DNA of 64,000 nt from Caldilineales bacterium (GCA_037443945.1 JBBINH010000011.1:9629-73628), one strand, 5' to 3'. Numbered from the stretch's first letter, positions 40,649-51,029 are shown. The notes: generated from the letters alone by a model not told the origin. Program-made: numbers and translations.

Positions 40649-42444
40649 CGCGATTTTATCGCTCACCCTCTTTCTGGGTCACCCTGCTGCTGAGCGTGTT
40701 TGCCGTTGCGCCGCTCCTGCGACCGGGCTACTTCTGGGGTGCACACGACGCCCGCCATAACGTCTTCTTCGTCCTGCAATACAACCTGACCTGGGACGAA
40801 GGCATCCTCTTCCCGCGCTGGTCGCCCGATTGGGCTTTCGGCTACGGCTATCCCTTCTTCAACATCTACGCGCCCGGCGCCACCTTTCTGGCCACCCTGC
40901 TTTATCGCCTTTTGCCTCTCGGCTACGAGACCGCCGTGGAGGCGCTGTTCATCCTCAGCATTCTGCTCAGTGCCGGCAGTATGTGGAACTTCGTCCGTGA
41001 GAGCGGGGGTGAGGAAGCAGCCCTGGTGGCAGGGGTGGCGTGGGTTTATGTGCCCTATCACCTGGTAGATATCTACGTGCGGGCGGCCATGGCCGAATCG
41101 CTGGCCCTGGCCGTCTTGCCCCTGGCCTTGTGGGGCGCACGGCGGACCGTTTTGCAACCCGGTCCCGGCGCCGTGGTGCTGCTGGCGCTGGGCTATGCCG
41201 CCGTACATCTTAGTTCCAACCTGGTGGCCTTGCTCTTTTCACCTCTCCTGGCAGCCTATATCGCCGTGCTGGCCTGGTCTCGTCTGCCTGCGGGCGTTTC
41301 GCAGCGCTCGCAGTTGACGGCCTGGCTACGAGCGCTGGGGAGACCCGCCCTGGGGTTGGGATTGGGTCTGGCGCTGGCGGCTTTTTTTGTCCTTCCCGCC
41401 CTGACCGAGGCTCGTTATGTCAATCAAGAGCAGTGGTTTGGCGGTTACTACGATTTCCATGACCATTTTGTCTATTTTGCTCAGCTTTTCGATCCCCGCT
41501 GGGGTTTTGGCATCAGTATCCCCGGCCCTGACGATGCCCTGAGTTATCAACTCGGCCTGGCCTTTCTGGTGCTGGCGGTCCTGGCGGCCCGCTACGGCCT
41601 GCAGCGAGACCATCCTCATCGCCTGGAGGTAGCCTTTTGGCTGGGTGTCCTGGTGGTCGGGGCCTGGCTGACCACGGCCGCCGCCACCTGGGCCTGGGAC
41701 CACGTGCCCCTGGTCGCGGCCGCCCAGTTCCCCTGGCGTTATCTGACCCTGGCGGCGCTGGCCCTGGCCATCCTGGCGCCGGTCGTGCTCACGGCCCAAC
41801 GACAGAGGCCAGGACCGCTCTGGCCGGAGGCCTTGCTGCTGGCCGGCCTGCTCATCCTCAACAGCGCTCCCTATCTGCGGGTCGAAGTCATTCCGCCGCC
41901 GCCGGGAGGGGCCACTCTGGCCGGTCTGATGGAGTTCGAGCGCAGCGCCGATGAGATGACCGGTATGACGATCACGGCCCAGGCCATTCCCACCTGGTCG
42001 CCCCTGGCCGATCTGCATATGGCCGGCCAACCCATCACAACCCAGGTGGACTACAGCCGCGTGCCCCAAAACGAGGTTCTGGCCGTCCATGCCCGCGAGC
42101 ATGCGGTCACGCGCGAGGTGGTATGGGTGCATGCCGGCCGCGACGGGCTGCGCGTGCCCTTCTTGCGCCAGTGGTATCCCGGCTGGACGGCAAGCCTTTT
42201 CGACCCCGAAACCGGCGCCTTGCGGGCGCGCTTTGCCCTCACGCCCGACCACACCTATCCGCCCTACGGTCTGATCGAGGTGCCCGTGCCGCCGGGCGAG
42301 CACATTCTGGAGCTGCGCTTCGAGGATACGCCCGTGCGTCGTCTGGGAGAAGGCATCTCGCTGTTGAGCGTACTCGTCCTGGCCGCCCTGCTGCTCAGGG
42401 CACGGCGGCGTCGACCTTTGGGTCTTTCCGGTCCTGCTCGTTGA
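40645..42444 (+). CDS. GT-C/YfhO-like ('PTPS-related') membrane glycosyltransferase
   Basis: AHD, PRWSPD..FGYGYPFFN.Y.P, PYHLVDIYVRAA.AE, QFPWR and WYPGW. Confidence 0.8.
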   Translation: MTRFYRSPSFWVTLLLSVFAVAPLLRPGYFWGAHDARHNVFFVLQYNLTWDEGILFPRWSPDWAFGYGYPFFNIYAPGATFLATLLYRLLPLGYETAVEALFILSILLSAGSMWNFVRESGGEEAALVAGVAWVYVPYHLVDIYVRAAMAESLALAVLPLALWGARRTVLQPGPGAVVLLALGYAAVHLSSNLVALLFSPLLAAYIAVLAWSRLPAGVSQRSQLTAWLRALGRPALGLGLGLALAAFFVLPALTEARYVNQEQWFGGYYDFHDHFVYFAQLFDPRWGFGISIPGPDDALSYQLGLAFLVLAVLAARYGLQRDHPHRLEVAFWLGVLVVGAWLTTAAATWAWDHVPLVAAAQFPWRYLTLAALALAILAPVVLTAQRQRPGPLWPEALLLAGLLILNSAPYLRVEVIPPPPGGATLAGLMEFERSADEMTGMTITAQAIPTWSPLADLHMAGQPITTQVDYSRVPQNEVLAVHAREHAVTREVVWVHAGRDGLRVPFLRQWYPGWTASLFDPETGALRARFALTPDHTYPPYGLIEVPVPPGEHILELRFEDTPVRRLGEGISLLSVLVLAALLLRARRRRPLGLSGPAR

Positions 42445-42446
42445 CC

Positions 42447-44222
42447 ATGTCCGGTCGTTCTCGCCTTCTCGGCTCTCCGCTTCTGCTCCTGCTGCTCCTT
42501 TCTGTGTTCGGTTGGGCGCCGCTGCTCGACCGGGGTTACTTTCTGCAGGCCCATGATGCTGCCCATAGCCTGTTCTGGCTGGTGCAGTTCGATCAGGGCA
42601 TTCGCGATGGCTTCCTGTGGCCCCGCTGGGCCGCCGATCATGTCCTCGGCTACGGCTATCCGCTTTTCACCTTCTATGCGCCCCTGGCCTTCTACATCGC
42701 CGAGCTCTTTCACCTTCTGGGTGCGAGCATCGGCACGGCCATCAAACTGACCTGGGGCTTGGCCTTTGTCCTGGCCGGGGTGACCATGTACCGCTTGGCC
42801 GCCCGTCTGTGGGACGAGACGGCCGGCCTGATCGCCGGCTTGCTCTACCTCTATGCGCCCTATCATCTGGTCAATCTGTACGTGCGGGCGGCCCTGGCCG
42901 AATTCGTGGCCATGGCCCTTTTCCCCTGGGTTCTCCATGCCTTTTGGGATGTGTTGACCCTGGGCGGGCGGCGACGGGTGGCCTGGGCGGGCCTGAGTCT
43001 GGGGCTGACCCTGCTGACCCATAGTGTGACCTTGCTGGTGTTTCCGCCGTTTCTGGTGTTGCTCATCCTCTACTGGCTGGCGACCGCAGATCAGCACCGC
43101 CGAAAGCAGGCCTTTCGCGAGATCATCCTGGCCGGTCTTCTGGCCGGTGGGCTGGCGACCATCTTTCTCCTTCCTGCCCTGGCCGAAAGCGGTTACATCG
43201 TCCAAACCCAATGGCTTCCGGAGACCTATCGCTACGAGCGCCAGTTTGTCTACTTTTTCCAGCTTTTCGACCCGACGTGGGGCTTCGGCCATGCCTTACC
43301 CGGTGCGGACGACGGCATGAGTCAGCAAATCGGGCTGTGGCTGTTCGTTCTGGGGCTGGCGGCGCTGCCGCTGTTGGCACGACGCCGGATCGAACATGGC
43401 CGGGTTTTGTGGGGCTTTGCCGCAGCCGCGCTGATGGCCATCTTGGGCACGTTGGCCATCAGCCGGCCGGTGTGGGAGGCTTTGCCGCCCCTGATGCTGA
43501 TTCAGTTCCCCTTTCGTCTGCTGGGCATGGTCACCCTTTTTCTGGCCCTGAGCGCAGGCGGCGCGACCGCCATCCTGCTGGAGTCAACATCATCCCGGCA
43601 ATCGGTTCTGGTGGTCCTGGGCCTGGCTATCGTTCTGGCCTCGTATCCCTATACCCGGCCTCAACACACACCCCTCGGCGAACGTCAGCAAAGCCCGGTA
43701 GCCGTCATCGATTTCGAGCTGGCCTATCCCGATATGCGTGGGAGCACGGCCTTCGCCGCCGGTCCGCCCACAGTTACCCCTAAACTGGCCGCCTATCTGG
43801 CCGGCGAGCCGTTGCCGTTGGCCGGTATCATCGCCGGTGAAGGCGAGGTGGTGTCTGTGCGTCACGGTGGGGGTTCCGAGCAGGTGCTTGTGCGGGCCGC
43901 CACCCCGGTGACGGTGCAGTTCTACACCTACTGGTATCCGGGCTGGCGCGCCACCGTCAACGGTCGGCCGGTCCCGATCCGGGCAGAAGGGCCTGATGCC
44001 CTCATTACTCTGGACCTGCCCGCAGGCGAACACGAAGTGAGCATCCGTTTTGTCAATACGCCCCTGCGCACATTGGCGGCGGTCATTTCGGTCGGCAGCT
44101 TGTTGGTTATCCTGGTCCTGTTGAGCGGTGTCGGGATGCGACGAGGCAACGGGGATAGGCCGAACCCGTCCGCTCATCGGGCTTGGCGATTTCGTGGCTT
44201 TGACCGTACCATTGTCGCGTGA
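42447..44222 (+). CDS. GT-C/YfhO-like ('PTPS-related') membrane glycosyltransferase, paralog
   Basis: Start MSGRSRL at 42447; the same AHD, PRW, GYGYP, QFPFR and WYPGW motifs. Confidence 0.8.
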   Translation: MSGRSRLLGSPLLLLLLLSVFGWAPLLDRGYFLQAHDAAHSLFWLVQFDQGIRDGFLWPRWAADHVLGYGYPLFTFYAPLAFYIAELFHLLGASIGTAIKLTWGLAFVLAGVTMYRLAARLWDETAGLIAGLLYLYAPYHLVNLYVRAALAEFVAMALFPWVLHAFWDVLTLGGRRRVAWAGLSLGLTLLTHSVTLLVFPPFLVLLILYWLATADQHRRKQAFREIILAGLLAGGLATIFLLPALAESGYIVQTQWLPETYRYERQFVYFFQLFDPTWGFGHALPGADDGMSQQIGLWLFVLGLAALPLLARRRIEHGRVLWGFAAAALMAILGTLAISRPVWEALPPLMLIQFPFRLLGMVTLFLALSAGGATAILLESTSSRQSVLVVLGLAIVLASYPYTRPQHTPLGERQQSPVAVIDFELAYPDMRGSTAFAAGPPTVTPKLAAYLAGEPLPLAGIIAGEGEVVSVRHGGGSEQVLVRAATPVTVQFYTYWYPGWRATVNGRPVPIRAEGPDALITLDLPAGEHEVSIRFVNTPLRTLAAVISVGSLLVILVLLSGVGMRRGNGDRPNPSAHRAWRFRGFDRTIVA

Positions 44223-45256
44223 GTCCGTCCAAGCCTTTCGTCCCGCGTTACTGTCCCTATTGCGGCACCCGCGTCAGCCATGCCGCCGCCGATTGTTTTT
44301 TCTGCGGCCGGCGCTTCGACGAACGCCACCGGCGTTGGCGTATCCCGTTTGCCGATGTGGTCTTGCTCCTGGGCATTGCTTTTGTCCTGTTCACCTGGTG
44401 GCGCTGGGATGCCGACCGTCGGGTCCTGGCCTTGACGCCTACCCCCTCCCCTCGACCCTCGCCCACGCCTACCTTCACGGCCACGCCTACGCCCATTCCC
44501 CCGCCTACGGCTACGCCTACACCTACGCCCATACCGGCTCCCATCACCCATACGGTGGCGTCGGGCGACACCTTCTACGGTATTGCCGGCACCTACGGCA
44601 TTAGCCTCGAGCAGCTCCTGGCGGCCAATAACCTGAGCGTCGACGCCGTCTTGCGCATCGGACAGGTCCTGCTCATCCCCCCCACGCCCACGGTGCAGCC
44701 TACCGTTGCCGGCAATGCCCCTCTCCGAGCCGGCCAGGGCGACACCATGAACTACTTGGTCAAACCGGGCGATACGCTGGCCAGCATTGCCGCAGCCCAT
44801 GAGGTCAAAATCGCCACGCTTTTGGCCCATAACGACATTGCCGATCCCAACAACCTGATCCCCGGCACGGTCCTGGTCATCGTCAAGGAGAAGCAGCCGG
44901 TCGCGGCGCAGCTTTTGCCGACTCCGGTCTTTCCGGCGCCGCTACCGGTGGCGCCTGCCGACGGCAGCGAGATCGCCGATGCTAGCGGTCCGGTGCTGCG
45001 CTGGGTGGCCGTGGGGCTGTTGCCAGAAGATGCGTTCTATCGCGTCCAACTGGCCTATGCCGATCCGAATTTGCCCCTTCTCGAGCCCATTCTCACCCGC
45101 ATTCCTTCCCTGACTCTCGACCCGGCCTGGCGCCCCCCCGATGAGGCGGCTTCGGCCGAAATGGTGTGGTGGGTCGGCGTGGTGCGCCGACAGAACAACG
45201 GCAAACTCTTTCCCCTCAGCCCCAGCGGACCGGTGCGCCGTTTTAGTTGGCACTAA
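44219..45256 (+). CDS. Zinc-ribbon + TM + Pro/Thr linker + two LysM domains
   Basis: CPYCG/CFFCG; HTVASGDTFYGIA and YLVKPGDTLASIA; GTGA overlap with the upstream stop. Confidence 0.88.
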   Translation: MSPSKPFVPRYCPYCGTRVSHAAADCFFCGRRFDERHRRWRIPFADVVLLLGIAFVLFTWWRWDADRRVLALTPTPSPRPSPTPTFTATPTPIPPPTATPTPTPIPAPITHTVASGDTFYGIAGTYGISLEQLLAANNLSVDAVLRIGQVLLIPPTPTVQPTVAGNAPLRAGQGDTMNYLVKPGDTLASIAAAHEVKIATLLAHNDIADPNNLIPGTVLVIVKEKQPVAAQLLPTPVFPAPLPVAPADGSEIADASGPVLRWVAVGLLPEDAFYRVQLAYADPNLPLLEPILTRIPSLTLDPAWRPPDEAASAEMVWWVGVVRRQNNGKLFPLSPSGPVRRFSWH

Positions 45257-46571
45257 ATGCGTCCGGAGGAAGCTCCGCCACCAGGCGGTCGGCCGGATCG
45301 CCGCTCAAGGCGACGATGGGAGCAGCCGTAATACGGTTTTCCAGGTCGATTCCATCGGGTACGACGACCTCGGTGCGCAGGTAGTTATCGGTATAACCCC
45401 ACCAGCGACGGCGACCGTCGGCGAGGGGCTCGCCGTGGCCTTCCCACAAGACGGGCCGTACCTGACCGAGATGGCGGGCAAGATGGTCGGTCTTCATCCG
45501 CGCGGCCAGCGCCTGGAGCTCGCGGCTGCGCCGACGTTTGACCTCGGCCGGGACCTGTTCGCGCATGCGTGCGGCTGCCGTGCCCACCCGCGGGGAAAAG
45601 GGGAAGATGTGGATGTGGCCGAAGCCGATTTGCTCGACAAAGGCCAGGGTCGCCGTCCATTCGGCCTCGGTTTCGCCGGGAAAGCCGACGATGATGTCGG
45701 TCGTCAGGGTCAGATCGGGGATCGCGGCGCGGGCGGCGGCCACGAGCCGGGCGTAGACGGCGGTGGTGCAACGGCGGGCCATGCGCCGCAGTGTGCTATC
45801 GCAGCCGCTCTGCAAGGGCAGATGAAGATGGGGCATTAGCCGTGGATTTTGCCACAGTACCCAGAAATCCGGCGGCAGATTCCAGGGTTCTAGCGAGGAC
45901 AGACGGAGCCGGGGGATGTCGGTATCGGCCAGGATGGCCCGGACCAGGTCAAACAACGAGACCCCCAAATCGCTGCCATAGCCGCCGAGATGCACCCCCG
46001 TAAGCACGGCTTCCTGATAGCCTGCGGCATGCAGTGCCCCGATCTCGGCGACAACGTCGGCGATGGGACGGCTGCGTTCTTCGCCGCGGGCCACGGTGAC
46101 GATGCAAAAGGTACAGCGGTGTCGGCACCCGTCCTGAACTTTGACAAAAGCACGGGTGCGGGCGCCCGGCCAACCGGCGGCATAGACATGCACGGCATCG
46201 GGTTCGGTAGCCAAGACGGGCATGGTTCCGGGCTCGAGCCGGTCCAGGACCAGTTCGACCAGGCGATCCTTATCGCGATTGCCGATGACCAGATCCACCC
46301 CCTCCAGCGCGGCCACGATAGCCGGTTCGAGTTCGGCATAGCAGCCGGTCACGACCAGTCGGGCCGAGGGATTCCGGCGGTGCAGACGGTAGAGAAGCTG
46401 CCGCGATTTGGCAGCGGCCTCGACCGTCACCGCACAGGTGTTGAGCACGATGAGCTCGGCCTCCTGCGGATCGGCCGTCAGGCGCTGACCGGCCGCCTGG
46501 AAGCGCCGGGCCCAGGTCGCCAGCTCGGCTTCGTTAAGACGACAACCAAGGGAGGTCAGGTAGATAGCCAT
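45243..46571 (-). CDS. mtaB: tRNA methylthiotransferase MtaB (radical SAM)
   Basis: SLGCRLNEAE, NTCAVT, TGCYA, VKVQDGCRHRCTFC and LSSLEP. Confidence 0.9.
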   Translation of the reverse strand: MAIYLTSLGCRLNEAELATWARRFQAAGQRLTADPQEAELIVLNTCAVTVEAAAKSRQLLYRLHRRNPSARLVVTGCYAELEPAIVAALEGVDLVIGNRDKDRLVELVLDRLEPGTMPVLATEPDAVHVYAAGWPGARTRAFVKVQDGCRHRCTFCIVTVARGEERSRPIADVVAEIGALHAAGYQEAVLTGVHLGGYGSDLGVSLFDLVRAILADTDIPRLRLSSLEPWNLPPDFWVLWQNPRLMPHLHLPLQSGCDSTLRRMARRCTTAVYARLVAAARAAIPDLTLTTDIIVGFPGETEAEWTATLAFVEQIGFGHIHIFPFSPRVGTAAARMREQVPAEVKRRRSRELQALAARMKTDHLARHLGQVRPVLWEGHGEPLADGRRRWWGYTDNYLRTEVVVPDGIDLENRITAAPIVALSGDPADRLVAELPPDAFSAN

Positions 46572-46718
46572 CGGATGCAACACGCCAAGCGAATCGTTTT
46601 CAGTGTAGCACACCGTCTGGTCTGCCTTCAACCCCGGATCGCACCCCGGCCGACTTCGTCTTCCGGCTTCAAGCGGGTATACTCCAGTTCATCCCATCTG
46701 TCCGAGTGAGTCAGTCCT

Positions 46719-47906
46719 ATGCGTATCATCCTCTATACCGGCAAAGGCGGTGTCGGCAAAACGAGCATCAGCGCCGCCACGGCCATCCATTGTGCCGATC
46801 TGGGCTATCGCACCATTGTCGTTTCGACCGACCCCGCCCATTCCTTGGGCGACAGCTTCGACCGCCGCATCGGCCCCGAACCCATGGCCCTGGGCCCTAA
46901 TTTGTGGGCGCAGGAAATCGACCTGTTGCACCAAATGGAGCGGCACTGGGGCAAGGTGCAGCAATACCTGGCGGCGCTGTTTTCCTGGCGCGGGATGGAG
47001 GGCCTGGTGGCTGAGGAGACCAGCGTCTTGCCCGGCATGGAAGAGCTGGCCAGTTTGCTCCAGATCGCCTATCTGGCCGAATCGGGTCGGTATGACGTGG
47101 TCATCGTGGATATGGCTCCCACCGGTGCCACGCTGCAGTTGCTGGCCTTTCCGGAGATGGCCGCCTGGTATGTGGAAAAAATTTTCCCCGTCGAGCGCAA
47201 GGCCATGAAGGTGGCACGGCCGCTGATGAGGGCCGTCACCGACATGCCCCTGCCCGAAGAAGAGCTCTTCGATGCCATCACCGAACTCGTCCATGACCTG
47301 CGCCGACTGGAACGGTTGGTCACCAATCCCGAGATCAGCACCGTGCGCCTGGTCTTGAACCCGGAAAAGATGGTGATCAAAGAGGCGCGACGGGCGTTCA
47401 CCTATCTCAACCTCTACAATCTCTCCACGGATGCCATCATCAGCAACCGCCATATCCCGGCCGCTGTCACCGACCCCTATTTCCGCTCCTGGAAGGAAAT
47501 CCAAAGCCACTACAGCGAGGTGGTCGAGCAGTCTTTTAGTCCGCTGCCCATCTTCCAGGTGCCCCTGTTCGACTGCGAGGTCGTCGGCGAAACCATGCTA
47601 CGGCGGATGGCCCAGGCCACCTTTCAGGATAAAGACCCCACGGCCATCTTCTATCGCGGCAAGCCGCAGCAGGTGGTCAAAGATGGCAACGATTATCTTC
47701 TAGTGCTGCCGCTGCCGTTCGTGGACAAAAGCGAAGTTTCGCTCCATCGTGGGGTGTACGACGAGCTGATCGTGCGGATCGGCAACTGGAAGCGTCACAT
47801 CAGCCTGCCGCAAACCCTTATCGGCCGTCCCATCGCCGGTGCCCGCTATCACGAGAACACCCTGGAAATCCGCTTCAAACCCCGCAGCAACGGCAACCGG
47901 GGTTAG
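46719..47906 (+). CDS. ArsA/GET3-family ATPase with C-terminal HSP20-like domain
   Basis: GKGGVGKTS, DPAHSL, DMAPTG; beta-rich C-terminal tail. Confidence 0.9.
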   Translation: MRIILYTGKGGVGKTSISAATAIHCADLGYRTIVVSTDPAHSLGDSFDRRIGPEPMALGPNLWAQEIDLLHQMERHWGKVQQYLAALFSWRGMEGLVAEETSVLPGMEELASLLQIAYLAESGRYDVVIVDMAPTGATLQLLAFPEMAAWYVEKIFPVERKAMKVARPLMRAVTDMPLPEEELFDAITELVHDLRRLERLVTNPEISTVRLVLNPEKMVIKEARRAFTYLNLYNLSTDAIISNRHIPAAVTDPYFRSWKEIQSHYSEVVEQSFSPLPIFQVPLFDCEVVGETMLRRMAQATFQDKDPTAIFYRGKPQQVVKDGNDYLLVLPLPFVDKSEVSLHRGVYDELIVRIGNWKRHISLPQTLIGRPIAGARYHENTLEIRFKPRSNGNRG

Positions 47907-47924
47907 CCGGCCGACGCATCAGGC

Positions 47925-48188
47925 TCAGGCCGTCAATCCGGTCTGGTCCATCTCTTCGGGGGCCGGTTTGCGCCCTTCCGGTGCCCGTTGCCAGGCATCG
48001 CACCAGCGTGTAGCCGGCAGAGGCCGGTTGTGATAGGGCGAGGCCGGATTGCGGCAGAAGGCATGGAGACGGCTGACCTGACCATCGCCGCTGCTGCGAA
48101 ACACCTCGCAAAAGGCACAACTGAAGCAATCGTGCCCCCGCAGGCGTAGCCAGGCGCGGCGCCAGCGCTTGAGGACGGATTTTGTCAT
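47925..48188 (-). CDS. Small Cys-rich protein (CxxCxxC...C...WC), possibly Fe-S or Zn binding
   Basis: ATGA overlap with the pyk stop; five Cys in 87 aa. Confidence 0.65.
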   Translation of the reverse strand: MTKSVLKRWRRAWLRLRGHDCFSCAFCEVFRSSGDGQVSRLHAFCRNPASPYHNRPLPATRWCDAWQRAPEGRKPAPEEMDQTGLTA

Positions 48189-49972
48189 ACTTGCTCCGCG
48201 TTGGGGGTCGGCCGTGCCATGTCTTCCAGGTTAGGCCCGCGATAGACGATCCCGCGCAGAGGATCGAGGATGACCAGCTCGCCTTCGGTCATGGCCTCGT
48301 AGGCGCCGGTAGCGCCGATCAACGCCGGCAGACGCAATTCCGTGGCCAGCCGCGCGGCGTAGGATTGCAGGCTGCCCTCTTCGACAACCAGCCCCCCTGC
48401 ACCGATCAGCAGGTGCTGCCAACTGCTGTCAAGGGCATGGGCCACGACGATGTCTTTATCGTGCAGTTGTAGGTTCGCAGGCAGCGGCGGCGCCAGCTTG
48501 CGCACCCGACCGCGCACCTTGTGATCGCCCAGGCCCAGACCGCGCGCCACCACCTCTTCGATCAACTGCACCTTGATCAGATTGGTCGTGCCCGGCGTGC
48601 TGCCGGCCGTGCCGGCGGTGATGACCACCAGGTCGCCTTCTCGAACCAGGCCGTGTTGGAGCGCCGTTTGCACGGCATCGGCCACCACCTCGTCGGTTGA
48701 ATTGCGCCGGGGCGAAAACAGAGGAAATACCCCCCAATACAGATTGAGCTGACAGCGCACCAAGGGACTGGGGGTAATGGCAACGATCGGGAGACCGGGC
48801 CGCGCCCGCGAAAGCTGACGGGCGGTGTAGCCCGATGCCGTGGGCGCAATAATGGCCGCCGCATTCAGGTTGCGGGCGAGATCGCTGGCGGCTTGGGCAA
48901 TGGCCTGGGCAGCGAAATGCGGCTCCGATCGCAGCCACGATCGGCGTCGCTCCTGCTTCACCAGCTCCGCTTCGGCCCGGGTGATGATGCGCACCATCGT
49001 CTGCACCGCCGCCACCGGATAACGTCCTGTGGCCGTCTCCCCCGAAAGCATGACGGCATCGGTCCCATCGAGAACGGCATTGGCGACATCGCTGGCTTCG
49101 GCGCGGGTTGGCCGCGGGTTCCGGATCATCGAGTCGAGCATCTGGGTGGCCGTGATCACGGGCTTGCCGGCTTCGTTACAGAGGGCGATGATCCGTTTCT
49201 GGATCATCGGCACCTCCTCGGCCGGCATCTCGATACCCAAATCCCCGCGGGCGACCATAATGCCATCGGCGGCCTGAATGATGGCCTCGATATTCGCTAC
49301 GGCTTCGGGCTTCTCGATTTTGGCGATGACCTGCGTCCCCAGACCGGACCGAGACAGCCGGCGGATGAGCGCCTTCAGTTGCCACACCTCCTCGGCCGTA
49401 CGCACAAAGGAAAGCGCCACCCACTCAAGCTGATGGGCCACGGCAAACTCCAGGTCTTGCCGGTCTTTCTCGGTCAGGGCAGGGATGTGGGTATCCGCCC
49501 GCGGCAGGTTCAGGCCTTTGTGCGAGAAAAGCGTTCCCCCCGTGACAACCCTGGCCCGGATATCGGTGGCCGTCGTGCCGACCACCTCCAACTCCAGGAG
49601 GCCATCGTCAAGGAGGATACGGTCACCGGGTGTGACCAGCAGGGGCAACTCAGGATACTGGCAGGGGATGGCATCCGTCCGCTCCGGATCGACCGTCAGG
49701 ACCACCTCCTCGCCAACGCGCAAAGCCACCCCCTCGGACGGCAAACGCCCCACCCGGAGCTTGGGGCCTTGCAGATCCCCCAGGATGGCCACGGGTCGAT
49801 CGAGTTCGTCGGCGATGCGACGGATACGACGAACGGTTTCGGCGTAGGTGGCCTGATCGCCGTGGGAAAAATTGAGACGGGCTACGTCCATACCGGCGCG
49901 GATGAGCTCGGTCAGAACGGCAGGATCATGGCTGGCCGGCCCGATGGTACAGACGATCTTGGTAAAACGCAT
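48185..49972 (-). CDS. pyk: Pyruvate kinase with C-terminal PEP-utiliser-like domain
   Basis: TKIVCTIGPAS, RLNFSHG, AKIE, MVARGDLG and TATQMLDSM. Confidence 0.96.
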   Translation of the reverse strand: MRFTKIVCTIGPASHDPAVLTELIRAGMDVARLNFSHGDQATYAETVRRIRRIADELDRPVAILGDLQGPKLRVGRLPSEGVALRVGEEVVLTVDPERTDAIPCQYPELPLLVTPGDRILLDDGLLELEVVGTTATDIRARVVTGGTLFSHKGLNLPRADTHIPALTEKDRQDLEFAVAHQLEWVALSFVRTAEEVWQLKALIRRLSRSGLGTQVIAKIEKPEAVANIEAIIQAADGIMVARGDLGIEMPAEEVPMIQKRIIALCNEAGKPVITATQMLDSMIRNPRPTRAEASDVANAVLDGTDAVMLSGETATGRYPVAAVQTMVRIITRAEAELVKQERRRSWLRSEPHFAAQAIAQAASDLARNLNAAAIIAPTASGYTARQLSRARPGLPIVAITPSPLVRCQLNLYWGVFPLFSPRRNSTDEVVADAVQTALQHGLVREGDLVVITAGTAGSTPGTTNLIKVQLIEEVVARGLGLGDHKVRGRVRKLAPPLPANLQLHDKDIVVAHALDSSWQHLLIGAGGLVVEEGSLQSYAARLATELRLPALIGATGAYEAMTEGELVILDPLRGIVYRGPNLEDMARPTPNAEQV

Positions 49973-50018
49973 GGCCAAACCTCCGCAAACTCCGGCTCAG
50001 GTGACGGTTGCGCCGACT

Positions 50019-51029
50019 TCATCCCTCATCGCTCTCGCCGGACGTCTCGGCCGGGCCGGCTTCGGTAGTCGCTCTTTCCGGTAGGCCGACGAGGATCTCG
50101 TCCCCGGCGGCTATGCGGGCGACGGCCAGCCGCGCTTCTTTGAACACACGGTTCAAAGGTTTTTCACTGTGGGTGCTGGCAAACGTGGAAACAGCAGCTT
50201 TCTCGTCCAAGGACAGATTATAGCGTTCACGCAGTTCTTCACGATGTTGACAAATCCACAGATAAAGATCGGCTTCGGTGCGCTTAGGAAACTCCTTCAT
50301 GATACCACTGGCGCGGATTTCGGTCGTCAGCGGCAGAAAGACGTTTTCGTACCAGCTACGCACGGCCTCTTCATAGGAAACTTCGCGCTGCCGCTCCTGA
50401 CCCAGGAAGTAACGGTGCACGGCGATCTGTTCGTCGAACAGGCGGTAGCGACCCGGCTCGGTCAGCCGCACATCGGCATCGGGGAAGTAGTCCTTGAGGC
50501 GCGTGCGTTCGAGGAAGAGCCGATGGCCGGCTTCGGTCAACCAGACGCTCAGTTCCTCGGCGTTCTCGGCCTCGACGGGGAAAGGCACGTCCACCTTCGT
50601 CACATAGGCCTCGATGGTCTTGTCCCCGCGGGCACGGGCCACGGACACGCGATGATTTCCATCGCGCACGAAATAGAGATCGCCTACCTGATACAACTCG
50701 ACCGGAGGGACACCGGTGGAGCCATGCATGGCCGCATCCACGCGGCGCCAGCGCTCGAGCAGCGCCTCGTTGCGCGGGAGAAAGGCCTGGGTAAAATCAC
50801 GATAGCGGCCAACGCTGCCGACGATTTTATCCAGAGGCACCTCCTGGGTGCCGGGCAGCGTCACACCCTCGCGGGCCTGGAGGACGGTGCGAACGTCTTC
50901 ATAACTGAGCAGATCGGCGCTGCGGCCGCGCAAGCGCGCCCACCAGTCTTGGAGCAAGGCCTGGAGATGCGCCTTGCGAAAGCGCTCGGTGGATTGGCTC
51001 AGGGTAATGCTTGGCAATTCGTCGCTCAT
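50019..51029 (-). CDS. ParB/Sulfiredoxin-like domain protein (DUF4032-associated type)
   Basis: IVGSVGRY.DF...FLP, YFVRDGNHRVSVA and RTEADLYLW. Confidence 0.75.
   Translation of the reverse strand: MSDELPSITLSQSTERFRKAHLQALLQDWWARLRGRSADLLSYEDVRTVLQAREGVTLPGTQEVPLDKIVGSVGRYRDFTQAFLPRNEALLERWRRVDAAMHGSTGVPPVELYQVGDLYFVRDGNHRVSVARARGDKTIEAYVTKVDVPFPVEAENAEELSVWLTEAGHRLFLERTRLKDYFPDADVRLTEPGRYRLFDEQIAVHRYFLGQERQREVSYEEAVRSWYENVFLPLTTEIRASGIMKEFPKRTEADLYLWICQHREELRERYNLSLDEKAAVSTFASTHSEKPLNRVFKEARLAVARIAAGDEILVGLPERATTEAGPAETSGESDEG

Noticed and set aside
44435-44540. Short tandem repeats (ACGCCT-like), also at 22640-22750
   Set aside because: They encode Pro/Thr/Ala linkers; there is no repeat-spacer structure, so not CRISPR
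46719-47906. ArsA as an arsenic-resistance locus
   Set aside because: Single ATPase domain with an HSP20-like tail and no arsB/C/R nearby; fits the known GET3-like class
50019-51029. ParB-like gene as a partition or defence system
   Set aside because: No parA, parS or defence partners nearby; it sits in a housekeeping unit with pyk
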